Shown one piece after another: positions 1 through 10,429 of a stretch of DNA of 13,136 nt. Source of the stretch: Octopus sinensis (lineage: Eukaryota); contig NW_021826345.1 in the NCBI RefSeq assembly GCF_006345805.1, positions 1-13,136 of the forward strand, read 5' to 3'. Positions within the stretch are counted from its first letter, which is position 1. Each line of letters starts with the position of its first letter. Position numbers and translations under genes: made by a program. A model generated the notes under the pieces. It did no database searches, was not told the origin of the DNA, and saw only the letters and a program-made list of their open reading frames with translations.

Positions 1-93
1 TATATTGTAATGTTCTTCCAACCAACACAGTCCCCTTCTTTGAATGTATTGGATTTCATTTTCCGTCGCCGTGCTTAAATCGAAAAACAATTA

Positions 94-94
<1 letters not shown>

Positions 95-137
<43 letters not shown>

Positions 138-178
138 TGTGTGTGTGGTGTGTGGTGTGTGTGTGGTGTGTGTGTGTG
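95..178. repeat. (TG)n microsatellite with TGG interruptions
   Basis: Direct reading of the tandem dinucleotide. Confidence 0.97.
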
Positions 179-393
179 AGGGAGAAGGGACTATTCTGTT
201 ACACTGTGCTGTTGCTACTGTTGCTATTGGAATGAAATCCTCGGACGGCACTTCATAAAAGGGGGGAATGTGTATATACAGCGTTCGTCAACATAGAGAT
301 GAAAACACATACTCAAACGTACATGTGTTCGCACGCATAAAGATATCTACATTCGTATATGTATACATGTGTGTGTGTATGTGTATGTATTCG

Positions 394-614
394 TTTATTC
401 TTTTACTTGTTTCGTTCATATTTGATTGCGGTCATGCTGGAGCACAACCTTGGAGGAGGTTTTGGTCGAACAAGCCGACCCCAGGACATATATTTTTAAG
501 CCTATTACTTATTCTATCAGTTTATTTTGCTGAACTGGTAAGTTACGGGCACGTGAACACACCACCACTGGTGATGGGGGAACACAGGCAGAAAGACAAA
601 TGCACGCACACACA

Positions 615-673
<59 letters not shown>

Positions 674-798
674 AATATATATATAAATAAAATAACAAAA
701 AAGTTACACGTCTTCTTTCAGTTTCTGTCTACCAAATCCACTCACATATCAAATCTGAGCGCAATCAGATGGAGGATGCCCGAGATCCTAGAAGACAC
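394..798 (-). mobile_element. Degenerate copy of SINE family A with an expanded internal (CA)n/(TA)n tract (about 601-690); tRNA head missing
   Basis: Reverse complement matches the 2084 and 10226 copies, e.g. tttgattgcggtcatgctggagcac, gaccccaggac, ttctttcagtttctgtctaccaaatccactcac, tagaagacac. Confidence 0.88.
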
Positions 799-1142
799 AC
801 GGATAGAAGAAAATACAAATATATGTAACTTCTTTCTACTCATATACAAATAACATATACAGAGTGTTATAACAAGAAATCATACCTGGCACAATATAAA
901 TATTGGGGGGGGGCTTTCAGTTTCCTGATTCCCTCCGAAAATACAAATGTTTTATTGAAAATATTGCAGCATTATAGTCATCAGGGATAAAAAGTAAAGG
1001 TACCAATTTTAAAACATTAACAAAGTTTTTTTTAAAAAAAAAGGTAAGCAAGGATTAAGAGCAGCATTAGAACTTTAAATTGTGTATATGGTCATTAATG
1101 AAGCAGAAAGTAATGGCAATGGATGAGTGAAAGATAAGAACA

Positions 1143-1200
1143 TGCTCCAGCATGGCCGCAGTCAAATGACTGAAACAAGTTAAAGAATAAAAGAAAAGAA
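1143..1200 (+). mobile_element. 3' tail fragment of SINE family A
   Basis: tgctccagcatggccgcagtcaaatgactgaaacaagt followed by an A-rich tail, nearly identical to 2429-2470. Confidence 0.9.
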
Positions 1201-1390
1201 TAATCAGTTGATAAATTCAAACTTTAACTTGAAAAATAATCTTTAAACTAAGAACTAGAAGTTAAAAGTTAGAGTCGTGAATTTACTGTCCCTTGTGATA
1301 TTACATAGTAAAATATAATTTGTGTACAAGTCTTAGTCCCGCTATCAGCATGTCATAGCACGCATAAAATTTATCATTAATACAAAGATA

Positions 1391-1586
1391 AAGGCAGCAA
1401 GCTGTCAGAAACGTGAGCACGCCGGATACAGTGCTTATCGGTATTTCTTCTTGCTTTATATTATAAGTAATGTGTGAAATGTTATAAGCAATGCGTGAAG
1501 ACACACCTAGCTGGGCCACAAATGACATCTTCAAAGTGCGAAGCACGTACTTCTGCCGAGTTGACTTTGCTTTTCATTTTTTTCGT
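1391..1586 (+). mobile_element. Interrupted remnant of SINE family C (5' head at 1391-1450, core at 1551-1586)
   Basis: cttatcggtatttcttc resembles cttagcggtatttcgtc at 10818. ttctgccgagttgactttgcttttcat resembles ttctgccaaggtcgactttgcctttcat at 10858. Assignment of the head relies partly on recall. Confidence 0.55.
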
Positions 1587-2083
1587 GTTTGAAAGTATTT
1601 GTTGAGCACTTGAATAGATTTAATCACCTGGCACCTACTCCGAAATTTCAGGACTTGTGCCTACAGAACAAAGAATTATTAATACAAAGTTATGACGATC
1701 GCTTTGAAGATAGCGCGTAAAATTTTTAACTTATATATTCTTCGTTTTAAGCATCAGTATTGATATATTCAATTATGCATTTACAGAATTCATACGTTAT
1801 AAATTTTTGACAACATTTGAAGTCACATGAAATACAATCAAGAACTCTAAAGCATTGATGATATGAGATTAGATAATAACTTGGTGTCACTTTGTATGCA
1901 TTGTTTATAAGGATAGTTTCTCTTCCAAAACATTTACAGCCGCAAAGGACTTTTCCGCCTTTGAATGTACACAAACATGGCTAATTTTAATACGCATTGT
2001 TTCAATCATCGCTGCTTAGTATGTAAGTATGCATGCAATTAATTAAATACACCTTGAGAAATTTATTTTTGTTAATTATATAC

Positions 2084-2490
2084 GCGCAGGAGTAGCTGTG
2101 TGGTATGTAGCTTGCTTACCAACCACATGGTAATGGGTTCAGTCCCATTGCGTGGAACCTTGGGCAAGTGTCTTCTACTTTAGCCTCAGGCCGACCAAAG
2201 CCTTGTGAGTGGATTTGGTAAACGGAAACTGAAAGAAGCCCATTGTATATGTATATGTGTGTGTGTTTGTGTGTGTGTGTGTTTGTGTGTCCCACTAGCA
2301 TCGCTTTACAACCGATGCTGGTGTGTTTGTATCTCCATAACTTAGCGTTTCGGCAAAAGAGACCGATAGAATAAGTACTAGGCTTACAAAGAATAAGTCC
2401 TGGGGTCGATTTGCTCGACTAAAGGCGGTGCTCCAGCATGGTCACAGTCAAATGACTGAAACAAGTAAAAGAGTACAAGAGTAAGATATA
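2084..2490 (+). mobile_element. Near full-length tRNA-derived SINE, family A
   Basis: Pol III A-box-like TAGCTGTGTGG at 2093-2103 and B-box-like GGTTCAGTCCC at 2136-2146. Internal TA/TG tract at about 2245-2290 and an AAAAGAGT-type tail. Homologous to four other copies in the window. Confidence 0.92.
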
Positions 2491-2907
2491 AGAACAGCAG
2501 TTTTACTAAGCTGTAAACAGCGGATTTTGTGTCCGTAGCAGATGAGACATCACTCCGCAGAAACACGGGTCTTGCAATTTGAAGACGTCGTTTGTCCCCC
2601 AGCATGATGTATTTTCACACATTGAATATAAGGAAACTTCCTCTTCCCAGTCAGTTGCCGCGGAGAACGTCTTTGAACATTTCATAAGTGCACATCTTTA
2701 CGATCAAATAATATGGTAATAACACATCTGCTGTTAAGCACTTTGATATATGGAAGTACTATGTTTTATGAACTGCGATAAAAAGTTCACAGCTAAAGGA
2801 CTCGAGGTATGTATCTATCTAAAAACAAGTAACTCTTACGAGATTGAAACAAATTTTTACCCAAGTAGAATTTTGTATCGTGTATCGTATGAGTTATCTA
2901 CATTCTT

Positions 2908-3135
2908 TTTAACAGCATTTTATTGTTCCTTCTCGAGCCATGCCAGGCTCATAAGGGCCGGTCTCCCGGTTTCAGTGGCGTAAAAATTCCTCACCTGGAC
3001 GGGGCGCCGATCCGTCGCAGGATTACTCATTTTTGCCAGCTGAGTGGACTGAAGCAACGGGAAAATGAAGTGTTTTGCTCAAGAACACAAGGCATCGCCC
3101 GCTCGAAGAGCATTTTATTGGAATCAACTACGATA
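2908..3135 (-). mobile_element. SINE family B-related copy with a degenerate head and a different 3' tail from the 7090 copy
   Basis: The reverse complement of 3024-3090 (ttcttgagcaaaacacttcattttcccgttgcttcagtccactcagctg...aaatgagt) aligns with 7166-7230. Possible B-box remnant near 3119-3127. Confidence 0.75.
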
Positions 3136-3466
3136 GATATATTTCTAGTATCAAATGTTTCCATTAAGACAGTCAATGACCTATATCCGTTGTTGATATC
3201 TGAAACGCTAGTGCACCAACGGGATTTAGTTGCATCATATACGTTCAGAATTCAGGACTGATCACGAGCGATTTTGCTTTCATCTATCAGGAGACGATAC
3301 AATGACACATTACTGTTGTGTGGAAGGGAAAAATTAAAGACGCAATAATGGTGTATAAGGGAAAAGTACATGGTAATGATGTTTAACAGATAACTGTAGA
3401 CATGAATGGGCATGGAATATAGTATACATTATTGTTGGATAGATATAGCTAGTTAGCTAGATAGAT

Positions 3467-3582
<116 letters not shown>

Positions 3583-3713
3583 TTATATATGTATAAATGT
3601 ATATGTATATTATAAATGTATATCTTGATATGTTTTATGTTGTTTTTCTATGCTCCATCTCTACATTTTCATATACATACATACGTACGTAATACACATA
3701 CACGCATATATAT

Positions 3714-3722
<9 letters not shown>

Positions 3723-3794
<72 letters not shown>
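3723..3794. repeat. (TA)n microsatellite
   Basis: Direct reading. Confidence 0.97.
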
Positions 3795-3799
<5 letters not shown>

Positions 3800-4081
3800 A
3801 TAGGAAGAAAGAGAAAGGGAGAGAATATTAACAGTGAAGCATACCAAAAATAAATTAAGGGATATACGATAAAATAGATCATAAATACTTTATATCTAGA
3901 CTTAATTAAAGGATCCAATATACGCGTTATTCATCAGAGAGAAAAAAATTACATGGTTATAAACTCCGTTGTTTTTATACAGGCTTTGGACAACGCAAGA
4001 TAGTTACAAATTGAAGTGATAACGAATCAAACGGGGAGGTTACACTATCGCATAATAAAATAGATTCCTATTTGGAAAAAC

Positions 4082-4166
4082 TACATACATACATACATAC
4101 ATACATACATACATACATACATACGTAGGTACATACATACATACATACATACGTAGGTACATACAT
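4082..4166. repeat. (TACA)n microsatellite with two TACGTAGG interruptions
   Basis: Direct reading. Confidence 0.95.
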
Positions 4167-4170
4167 GCAT

Positions 4171-4500
4171 GTTCTTCTATTCTTTTACTTGCTTCAGTTA
4201 TTTGACTGCGGCCATGCTGGAGTACCGCCTTTAGTCGAACAAATCGCCCCAGGACTTAATTTTTGTAAGCCTAGTACTTGTTCTGTCGATCTCTTTTGTC
4301 GAACCGCTAACCCACGGGGACGTAAATATACCAACATCAGTTGTCAAGCGATGGGGGCGACAAACACAGACACACATACAAATATTCTTTCAGTTTCCGT
4401 CTACCAAATCCACTCACAAGGCTTTGGTCGGCCCCTGGTTATAGTAGAAGACACTTTGCCGAAGATGCCACGTCGTGGGACTGAACCTGGAGCGATGTGC
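4171..4500 (-). mobile_element. SINE family A copy, 5' end truncated, internal microsatellite almost lost
   Basis: Reverse complement aligns with about 2125-2480, including the B-box (gggactgaacc at about 4477-4487 on the + strand). Confidence 0.92.
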
Positions 4501-4501
4501 C

Positions 4502-4607
4502 TATGTGTGTGTGTGTGTGCGTGTGCGCGCGTGTATATTCATACATATATGTATATATATATGTGTGTGTATATACATATATATATACAAATATATATAT
4601 ATATATA
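4502..4607. repeat. Compound (TG)n/(TA)n microsatellite
   Basis: Direct reading. Confidence 0.93.
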
Positions 4608-5126
4608 AGTTCAGCAAAAATTTAGATTCAGATGAAAATGGTACTTAAGTTAAAGGCACCAGAATTTGGTATGGTATTATCCATATAGATCACATGGGGT
4701 GATCATAATCAAAATAAGCAACAAAAGTGATAAAAAAATCTGCCCATGAGGAAAGATCTTCTACTAGTATGTTTTTACTGATGAAATTTACCTCTCTGTC
4801 TATATATCTACCCTCTTTGTAATATTGGCAAATGGAATAGGTATAAAAATGAACATTGTCAATTTAATTAAAAACATTCCATATGTGGCTGAAGAGTGTT
4901 CTACATTTTAAAACTGATGTAATACTTACATTGTTCAATTAAATGAAGTAGCATGAAACGATTGTACTACACTACCTTTGGATATCCTTGTTGCTTATTT
5001 TGATATATATATATACACGTTCATATCGAACAGTGAGAATCAGTGTTTCAAACCGTATTGGTGGGTAAAGCATCTGTATTTGTAGGTTTACCAGGTTACC
5101 ATTGGTTTCACGATAAGGCAGCTATC

Positions 5127-5303
5127 TCTTAGCAATTATCAAGCCTGTCACATCTTTGATGATGTTCTCATCTTACTATGAAGACAATGGTCCAGTGGTA
5201 ACATGGTTAACTTACAAATAAAGTATATATGTGTATATATACACATATATATACATATATATACATATATATACACATATATATACACATATATATAAAT
5301 ATA

Positions 5304-5335
<32 letters not shown>

Positions 5336-5450
5336 CATATGTATATATATATACTTTATGTGTAAGTTAACCATGTTACCACTGAACCATTGGCTTCATG
5401 GTAAGATGGGAACATCATCCAAGATGTGACATGCTTGATAATTGCTAAGA
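5127..5450. repeat. Long palindrome (MITE-like or inverted duplication): 102-bp arms around a 120-bp TA/CA microsatellite
   Basis: 5127-5228 versus the reverse complement of 5349-5450 is 95/102 identical with no gaps (hand alignment). Confidence 0.93.
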
Positions 5451-5754
5451 ATATATACTTTAACTGTCCAATACTACATATAATATTTGTAAACAAACCA
5501 GAAGGCTTTGTAAGCTACGGAGATAGAGTGACTATGGTATTAATCTCATGCGATGGAGTTTTAAAAGAAAAAAGTTATGAGTGTTTGTTTCTCAAATCTG
5601 AGGTTGATAATATAGTTCTATACTTTATTATGAATATAGATCTATATGGGGACTTTTAATACATGTCACGGGCGTCATTGAGGTAACGAAAAAGATTATC
5701 AATGACACCGCTAATTGACACATTATTAGTAACCATAGCCTGGAAAAAACGTGG

Positions 5755-6641
5755 ATTACATGGGGAAATGTGATCAAGAGAAATATTATCCTTAAGATTA
5801 TAAACCTGGAAAATTACAGGACAAGTTATTACATTTGGGAAAGTTCAGGACAATTTATTACATCTGGTAAAGTACAGAATAAGAAAATTTTTACTAAGGG
5901 TTAAAATTTCAATATTAAAAATTATCTGATTATAATACAAACAAAGTAACATTATAATTAAAAATGGTACTATTATTTTGTTAAAATATTGACACACTAG
6001 AATACTTTAAAAAATAAGAGTCATAAGTACCAATATAGCTAAAGCTTTATGCAAAGTAGAATAGTATATATGGTAGGCAAATTCATTATGTGAAAAATAG
6101 GCATTGGGTCAAGACTAAGAATGTAAAGACTTGGCAATAGCTTAGGCAATAACTCAAGCAAATTTTACTGCGAATTTGTTGTTACAGGTAGATTTTACTG
6201 TAATATATAACTAATTTTTGTATTATTCTATTTATTGTACTAATCATGTACTACTATTATTTTTTTATAACCTGTTTTCAAATTTCTAATTATTAATCAA
6301 TATTTAAAACAATTAATATTTTAAAGTGCAAAAACTATTTTAATTGAGTTATTTTTTATTGTGACAAGTATTGTGACAAGTGACAAGTAATAACAAATAA
6401 AAGTAATAACTTGTGATAAAATTTTTAGTTTTAATAAAAGCTAATATTTTCTAAATCTAAAAATTTTATTTGAAATTTTATCCTTAGCTTCAATATTTTA
6501 AGTAAAAGTTTTTTTGTCCTGTACTTTACCAGATGTAATAAGTTGTCCTGAACTTTTCCAAGTGTAATAACTTGTCCTGTAATTTTCCAGGTTTATAATT
6601 TTACGAATATGATTTCTCTTACTCGCAATTTTCCATGTAAT
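5755..6641. mobile_element. Non-autonomous fold-back/TIR element with at least 141-bp inverted repeats containing 29-bp tandem subrepeats
   Basis: 5755-5895 versus the reverse complement of 6501-6641 is 123/141 identical and ungapped. Subrepeats start at 5807, 5836 and 5865. The ends can be read as TA|CATGG...CCATG|TA. The interior is AT-rich with no ORF. Confidence 0.85.
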
Positions 6642-6746
6642 ATGAATATGAGAAAAGTGGCGTTAGAAAATCTTGATAAGAGATGAGCGTAGTAACTATA
6701 TTAAGAAGTAATGTTGTCGACACTCCAAGATGGCCACTCCGTACGA

Positions 6747-6950
6747 ACCGATGTTACTAATGTTTCGAAGCCCAGGAGGATGTCTCTTCCAGTTGGTTAT
6801 GGATGCAATTTGCACCCGATATATATTGCAAGCAAGGAGGTGAGCTCCGCCCATCATAGCTATTGTTTGTGATATATATCGGGTCCAGAATGCATCGATA
6901 ACCAGCTAGGGGAGCATCCTCCTGGGTTTAAAAACGGTAGTAACGTCGGT
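6747..6950. mobile_element. Palindromic MITE-like hairpin element
   Basis: 6747-6835 versus the reverse complement of 6863-6950 is 71/89 identical, with a 27-nt loop. Weaker similarity may extend to about 6721 and 6976. Confidence 0.85.
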
Positions 6951-6991
6951 CCCTATTGAACAGCCATGAGAATGTGGCAATAAACATTACT

Positions 6992-6996
<5 letters not shown>

Positions 6997-7029
<33 letters not shown>

Positions 7030-7043
7030 ATACATACATATAC

Positions 7044-7082
<39 letters not shown>
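6997..7082. repeat. Compound (TA)n/(CATA)n/(GATA)n microsatellite
   Basis: Direct reading. Confidence 0.95.
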
Positions 7083-7089
7083 CAGTGAA

Positions 7090-7425
7090 GGCGCATGGCT
7101 CAGTGGTTAGAGCGTCGAGCTTACGATCGTGAGGTTGTGAGCTCGAATCCCTGACCAGGGCTGCGTGTTGTTTCTTGAGCAAGACACTTTATTTCACGTT
7201 GCTCCAGTTCACTCAGCTGTAGAAATGAGTGACGACGTTACAGGTGCCAAGGTGTATCGGCCCCTTTGCCTTTCCCTTGGATAACACTGGTGGCGTGGAG
7301 AGGGGAGGTCGGTATCCATGAGTAACTGCTGGTCTTCCATAAACAACCTTGCCCGGACTTGTGCCTGGGGGGGATAACTTTCTAGGTGCAATTCCATGGT
7401 CTGTGTCGTGACCGAAGGGGGTCTC
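7090..7425 (+). mobile_element. tRNA-derived SINE, family B, apparently full length
   Basis: A-box TGGCTCAGTGG at 7096-7106 and B-box-like GAGCTCGAATCC at 7139-7150. Followed by a CTTGAGCAAGACACTT core shared with 2908-3135. The head loosely resembles tRNA-Arg(ACG) (inference). Confidence 0.88.
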
Positions 7426-8212
7426 AGAATATATACACAACACATATATATACCCCTTCACACACACACTTATATATACATATTTATTTATTCATTTACA
7501 CGCGTATACACCCATTGGCACTGAATTAAATGTTCTTGAACTTTCGCATTCAATGGCTTATTGAAGTATGTTGGATGACCCATAATTCAAAGACATTTTG
7601 GTGTCACAAGCACTCCAGTATTTTCTACTTTACCCACTTTTTTGTGTCCCAGAAATATTGTATGTTTCATTGTCTTCGATATTTCAATCAACCACACTAA
7701 ATTATGTGTGAGCGTGTGAGTGAGTGCGTGTGCGCGAGTGCATGCGTGTGTATACTCAATATATGTCATGCGCAATACTCAATATATGTCAAAAATGATA
7801 AATTTCAGCCTGATGATTAAATCTTAATCTTTCTGCTTGAAGTTAGCCGTCATTTTCTTCTTGTGTTCTCATTTGTCTCCTTTTTGTCAGTGTTTTACTT
7901 TTTTAAATCGAGTCTAGCCTATATTACTCATTATATTTATTGTCATTTAGTATTAGCAAAACCCTATCTCTAATTCTTAATAACCATTGAATTCTTCTTG
8001 ATCAAAGTTCTGCAGTTTAATGTTAAAATGTTTCTCAGTGACAAAGTATTATTAACCTTCTAGCTAGCAATTACCTGCTGTATATTTGAAAATATAACTC
8101 TACGCTTCTACAGTAATAGGGCCTCCTCACTCAATTACTAACCTTCATTAGTTTGACTGACTCATTCACACACAATTATATTTCCTTTGCCTTTTCTCTC
8201 TGTTTATCTATC

Positions 8213-8269
8213 TGTATATATATATAAATATATATATATATTATATATATATTATATATATATTATATA
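8213..8269. repeat. (TA)n microsatellite, left flank of the hammerhead unit
   Basis: Direct reading. Confidence 0.95.
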
Positions 8270-8271
8270 AG

Positions 8272-8425
8272 TAAATGGAGTTGAACGCAAATTTATTAAA
8301 ATTCTTTTACTTTCGACATATGTTTCGAGGCAACATTGTTTTATTCCAAAGGAATAGGTTAAAATGCACTCTCATCAGGAATTTCCATTAGGCGGTCAGA
8401 CAAAGGATTAATTCATTTCCATTTA
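8272..8425 (-). ncRNA. Type I hammerhead ribozyme motif (core 8312-8381) inside a 154-bp self-complementary unit; probably Penelope-like-element derived
   Basis: The minus strand reads UUC-CUGAUGA(8378-8372)-GAG(U)GCA...UGCCUC-GAAA(8326-8323)-CAUAU-GUC(8317-8315)-GAA. All conserved core nucleotides are present, as are the G10.1-C11.1 and A15.1-U16.1 pairs. Stem III is palindromic (ACAUAUGU) and stem I is 3 bp. The unit's ends pair at 12 of 14 positions. Confidence 0.75.
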
Positions 8426-8450
8426 ATATGATATATTATATATATATATA

Positions 8451-8507
<57 letters not shown>

Positions 8508-8553
8508 ATGTACATTATATATATATATATGTATGTGTGTATATATATATATA
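8426..8553. repeat. (TA)n microsatellite, right flank of the hammerhead unit
   Basis: Direct reading. Confidence 0.95.
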
Positions 8554-9194
8554 TAATTTCTACCCTTTATAAAGCTATCCAAATAACTCCACGTCTCCTT
8601 CATTATACAATGTCTCTCACCTCACATACACTTGAATATCATAAGAGAATTTGTTGCTCTTTCGCTCCCTCTCATATATGTTTCACTTCTGTCTATTTTA
8701 TTATTCGGTCACTTTCTATAAATCTATAATTTTATCACGTTACCTCTCTAATTCCTCCGCGTTTGTAGATTGCATCTTTCTTCATTCCACTGCTTCACTA
8801 TACCAATCTTCTACTATTATTCTTCGACCATAGACTGTATACGCCGGAGTGCCTGCCCTACATTCTGTCTAACTGCTGGTAAATTTTCAATCTGTAAATT
8901 TCACTGTATATATCTCCTTGTCCAGCAGTTGCTTTCTCCTCACACAATCTTCAAGAAATGTGAATGTCATGGCCTTTTTTATATATGCAAATATACATAT
9001 GTGTCTGAGTGTGTATATGAGAGAAAGTGTGTGTGAGTATCTGTGAGCATCTGTGAGCGTGTATGTGCATTATGAATGTAGTGTGTGCGTTAATTATATA
9101 TAGGTTTAACAAGAACTACAGATATTTAGCACAGTTTCTTTTATTCGGTCTGCGGTCCTTCTAGACGATTCAGTGCACTTTGTCATAAAAAATA

Positions 9195-9314
9195 AACACA
9201 CCACATATATGCACACATAGAAACACACGCACAACACAAACACATAAATATAGAGAGAGACATACATACATACATATATATTATATATACATACCACATA
9301 TATATTATTATATA

Positions 9315-9365
<51 letters not shown>

Positions 9366-9372
9366 TATATAT
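9195..9372. repeat. Degenerate CA/TA low-complexity tract ending in (TA)n
   Basis: Direct reading. Confidence 0.9.
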
Positions 9373-9728
9373 GTAGATAACTGTTTGTGTACATGGATAT
9401 TTGTCTATTTTCTGGTTATAATCCTATTTGTTTAATCCCAGCATATAACAGCTTTTTTGCAACTTTCGACACAAGATTTCATTTGGCAAATTCTTATATA
9501 CACTTTCATCCACATACATCTAGTAATTTCTAACAACTATATATTCAGCAAATATATTTTACACATAATTAATACGCCATACCCAATGGATATGCTCATA
9601 TGTGTATATTGAAAAATAAAAAATGGGAAAAAAAAGCGTCTTCATCAACAATAAAAGTATCAGCAAAAACTAAAATATTTACTTTTTTTATAAACTATGC
9701 TATACACATGATATTGCAGGCATGAAGC

Positions 9729-9782
9729 GATCACGTGATTTTCATACGCACGTGTATGAACACGTATGAAAAACACGTGTTT
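9729..9782. promoter_or_regulatory. Cluster of three CACGTG E-box palindromes plus one CACGTA; function unproven
   Basis: CACGTG at 9732, 9749 and 9774, and CACGTA at 9761. Each CACGTG lies within a longer palindrome. Confidence 0.3.
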
Positions 9783-10054
9783 CTACGTATGGCAAATTAA
9801 TACATGATTTGATGACAAATTCCTAAATGGTCCAGCAACTAATCAATTGTCGATGACTATTAGGTTTTGGAATGATTTTACAAATATATTTAACTAAATA
9901 TTTACATGGCCGCATCTATACTACAATCCTTTCAATAATTGGTGAGAAACAAGGAATCGCTATACCAAAATTTCAACATTTAATACGCACACACTCTTGA
10001 CCGTGGGTCAATACCTATGTTATTTAATCTGTTTGTCTCTCAAGTCTTAAGAAT

Positions 10055-10098
<44 letters not shown>
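10055..10098. repeat. (GATA)n to (GA)n compound microsatellite
   Basis: Direct reading. Confidence 0.95.
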
Positions 10099-10101
<3 letters not shown>

Positions 10102-10225
10102 GAAGGTGAGATAGAAAATCATTTTTATAGTCTACTTGAATTGAGATGGGATCACATTCATGTACCCACATCGAGCAAGAATCTTTGAAAAAGAGTCATC
10201 ACAAAATTTCAAAAATAATATAACA

Positions 10226-10384
10226 GGCGTAGGAGTGGCTAAGTGGTAAGTAGCTTGCTAACGAACCATATGGTTCCGGGTTCAGTCCCACTGCATGGCA
10301 CCTTGGGCAAGTGTCTTCTACTATAGCCTCGTGAGTGGATTTGGTAGACGGAAACTGAAAAGAAGCCCGTCGTGAATATGCATA

Positions 10385-10429
<45 letters not shown>

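Noticed and set aside
1-73. Possible minus-strand exon: AG acceptor at 75-74, then aaaATG at 59 giving MKSNTFKEGDCVGWKNITI, open to the window edge
   Set aside because: Only 19 codons, a weak AAG acceptor and no recognisable homology; it cannot be judged without the adjacent sequence.
51-240. 10-bp inverted repeat GGATTTCATT/AATGAAATCC around the (TG)n tract
   Set aside because: It does not extend, and a 10-bp AT-rich match is expected by chance.
940-990. Second hammerhead-like signal on the minus strand: CTGATGA...AAAACATTTGTA
   Set aside because: G12 is absent, and neither stem II nor stem I forms. At best a decayed relic, but worth rescanning with a covariance model.
1747-1974. Cys-rich 75-aa minus-strand ORF
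   Set aside because: No recognisable motif or cysteine spacing, starts at a non-ATG codon and has no splice support.
2491-2730. Slightly GC-richer unique island with short open frames on both strands (ENVFEHFISAHLYDQII is vaguely piggyBac-like)
   Set aside because: The similarity is too weak and the frames are closed by stops; it needs tBLASTx.
3110-3400. Long near-open frames on both strands; strong-looking minus-strand acceptor near 3313
   Set aside because: All three frames stop shortly after the acceptor, and no homology was recognised.
7090-7160. tRNA gene
   Set aside because: It has A and B boxes but no proper acceptor stem and continues into a SINE body, so it is a SINE head.
3931-7816. 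Other CTGATGA/TCATCAG heptamers at 3931, 4778 and 7810
   Set aside because: None has a correctly placed GAAA, stem III or NUH triplet.
8560-8970. Pyrimidine-rich segment with three overlapping + ORFs and purine-rich minus frames
   Set aside because: Multiple stops, no recognisable domain, and the ORFs reflect base composition.
9460-9520. ACTTTCGAC 9-mer shared with the hammerhead unit, with GAAA...GUC on the minus strand
   Set aside because: The core box reads UGGAUGA and stem III does not pair; probably chance.
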